DNA of 63,434 nt, the filler included, from Basidiobolus ranarum (lineage: Eukaryota), in assembly GCA_040143965.1 (NCBI GenBank). It is 27 parts of 27 records of this genome, joined end to end, with 100 filler letters (N's around TTAATTAATTAA, not from the genome) between each part and the next. Parts side by side here need not be neighbours in the genome. Positions count along the whole stretch, not along the records: positions 61,191 to 63,434 come from JASJQH010010465.1; 26 more parts are not named here. One strand, written 5' to 3'. The notes beneath the pieces were generated by a model that worked only from the letters and a program-made list of their open reading frames with translations, made no database searches and was not told the DNA's origin. Below, one piece after another: positions 62,561 to 63,434 of this stretch. The translations under genes and the position numbers were made by a program. Every line of letters begins with the position of its first letter. The first letter of the stretch is position 1.

Positions 62561-63434
62561 AATGTATTATATATGCCCTGGATTGGATCCTGATCAACCC
62601 TATGGAATACCATCATAAATTCTGCATACCACCAGTAACTTGAATTTTGCCTGCTTTTACACAGATTATGTGATTGTTTTCTGGAGGGGCTTCTGTAGTA
62701 TTTTTTGCAACAGATTTTTTGACCAAAACTTTATCCCTTTTACACAATCCTTATTCTGAATTCTTCCCATCTCTGGCAGTATTAATTTGGCCTCTACCAT
62801 GCATACTTTTGGTACACCTGTATTAAACTTTCAAAATATTTTTGGTATCAAAACTTTTTGCAGCTGCAGAGGGAGTCAAAAATTAAAATAAATTATGCTT
62901 TCTGCACTTTGAGATAGGCTCAATTATGAGTAAATAGATATATCTCCAAAACTTTGTTGCTTCCCCCCCAACATTCTCCATGATAAAGTTGCTACACATT
63001 GTATCACTTGAAACATGTTTATTTTGCAAATAAAGGGTTCTTGTGATTTCTACTCACCATAATTAACCTCTTGCTTGGGCAATTATCTGTGGAGTATTCA
63101 GCTAGAAACACCCTATGCCTATTTATATAACTGAAGCATGCCAACATCATGGGCTCATATTAGAATATGCAACATCATGTACAAAATTATACAATTGCAC
63201 TCCATCCAGCAAAATCCTGAACATTTTGAACTAATTTGTTCAAAGTCAAGCTTAATGTTAGATTTTGCAACTAATACTGAAATATATACTCAGCTTGAGT
63301 GGAACTCATATGCTAATACTGACAATTTCACACAGAGCAGCATTTACCACTGGTGCCCTCCATTGGGAACTCCCAGAATGTATTTCAAGGGCCTATAATC
63401 TCTAAGCATTGTGAAAGATGCAGCAGGGAATGTC

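Noticed and set aside
1-63434. CRISPR arrays, rRNA or tRNA genes
   Set aside because: No repeat-spacer array or recognisable structural RNA was seen by eye; tRNAscan-SE and Rfam were not run.

Overview
This is not a contiguous locus. It is 27 short contigs (about 2261 down to 2244 bp, sorted by decreasing length) joined by an artificial 100-bp spacer (N44-TTAATTAATTAA-N44), so gene neighbourhoods across spacers mean nothing. The DNA is from an AT-rich, intron-containing fungus. The mix of ARL8, JTB, 7TM-RGS and an intronless bacterial-style NRPS suggests an early-diverging, Basidiobolus-like lineage (inference). Gene contigs encode SMC4, a GH17 glucanase, a short Tlg1-like SNARE, a TPR protein, GPI12, an NRPS A-domain/methyltransferase module, a Gly/Asn-rich secreted repeat protein, a secreted Cys-hairpin repeat family, JTB, ARL8, a 7TM-RGS protein, a Ulp1-type SUMO protease and a secreted bacterial-type CHAP peptidoglycan hydrolase. 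About half the contigs are nested, degenerate, CpG-depleted transposons: Ty1/copia with a half-tRNA primer site, a chromodomain Ty3/gypsy, a CACTA/CMC element with CCCTA termini and a DDE_Tnp_4 element. The best candidates for new biology are the apparently tandemly repeated CHAP gene, the interrupted A-MT NRPS module and the unnamed C-x18/19-C repeat family.
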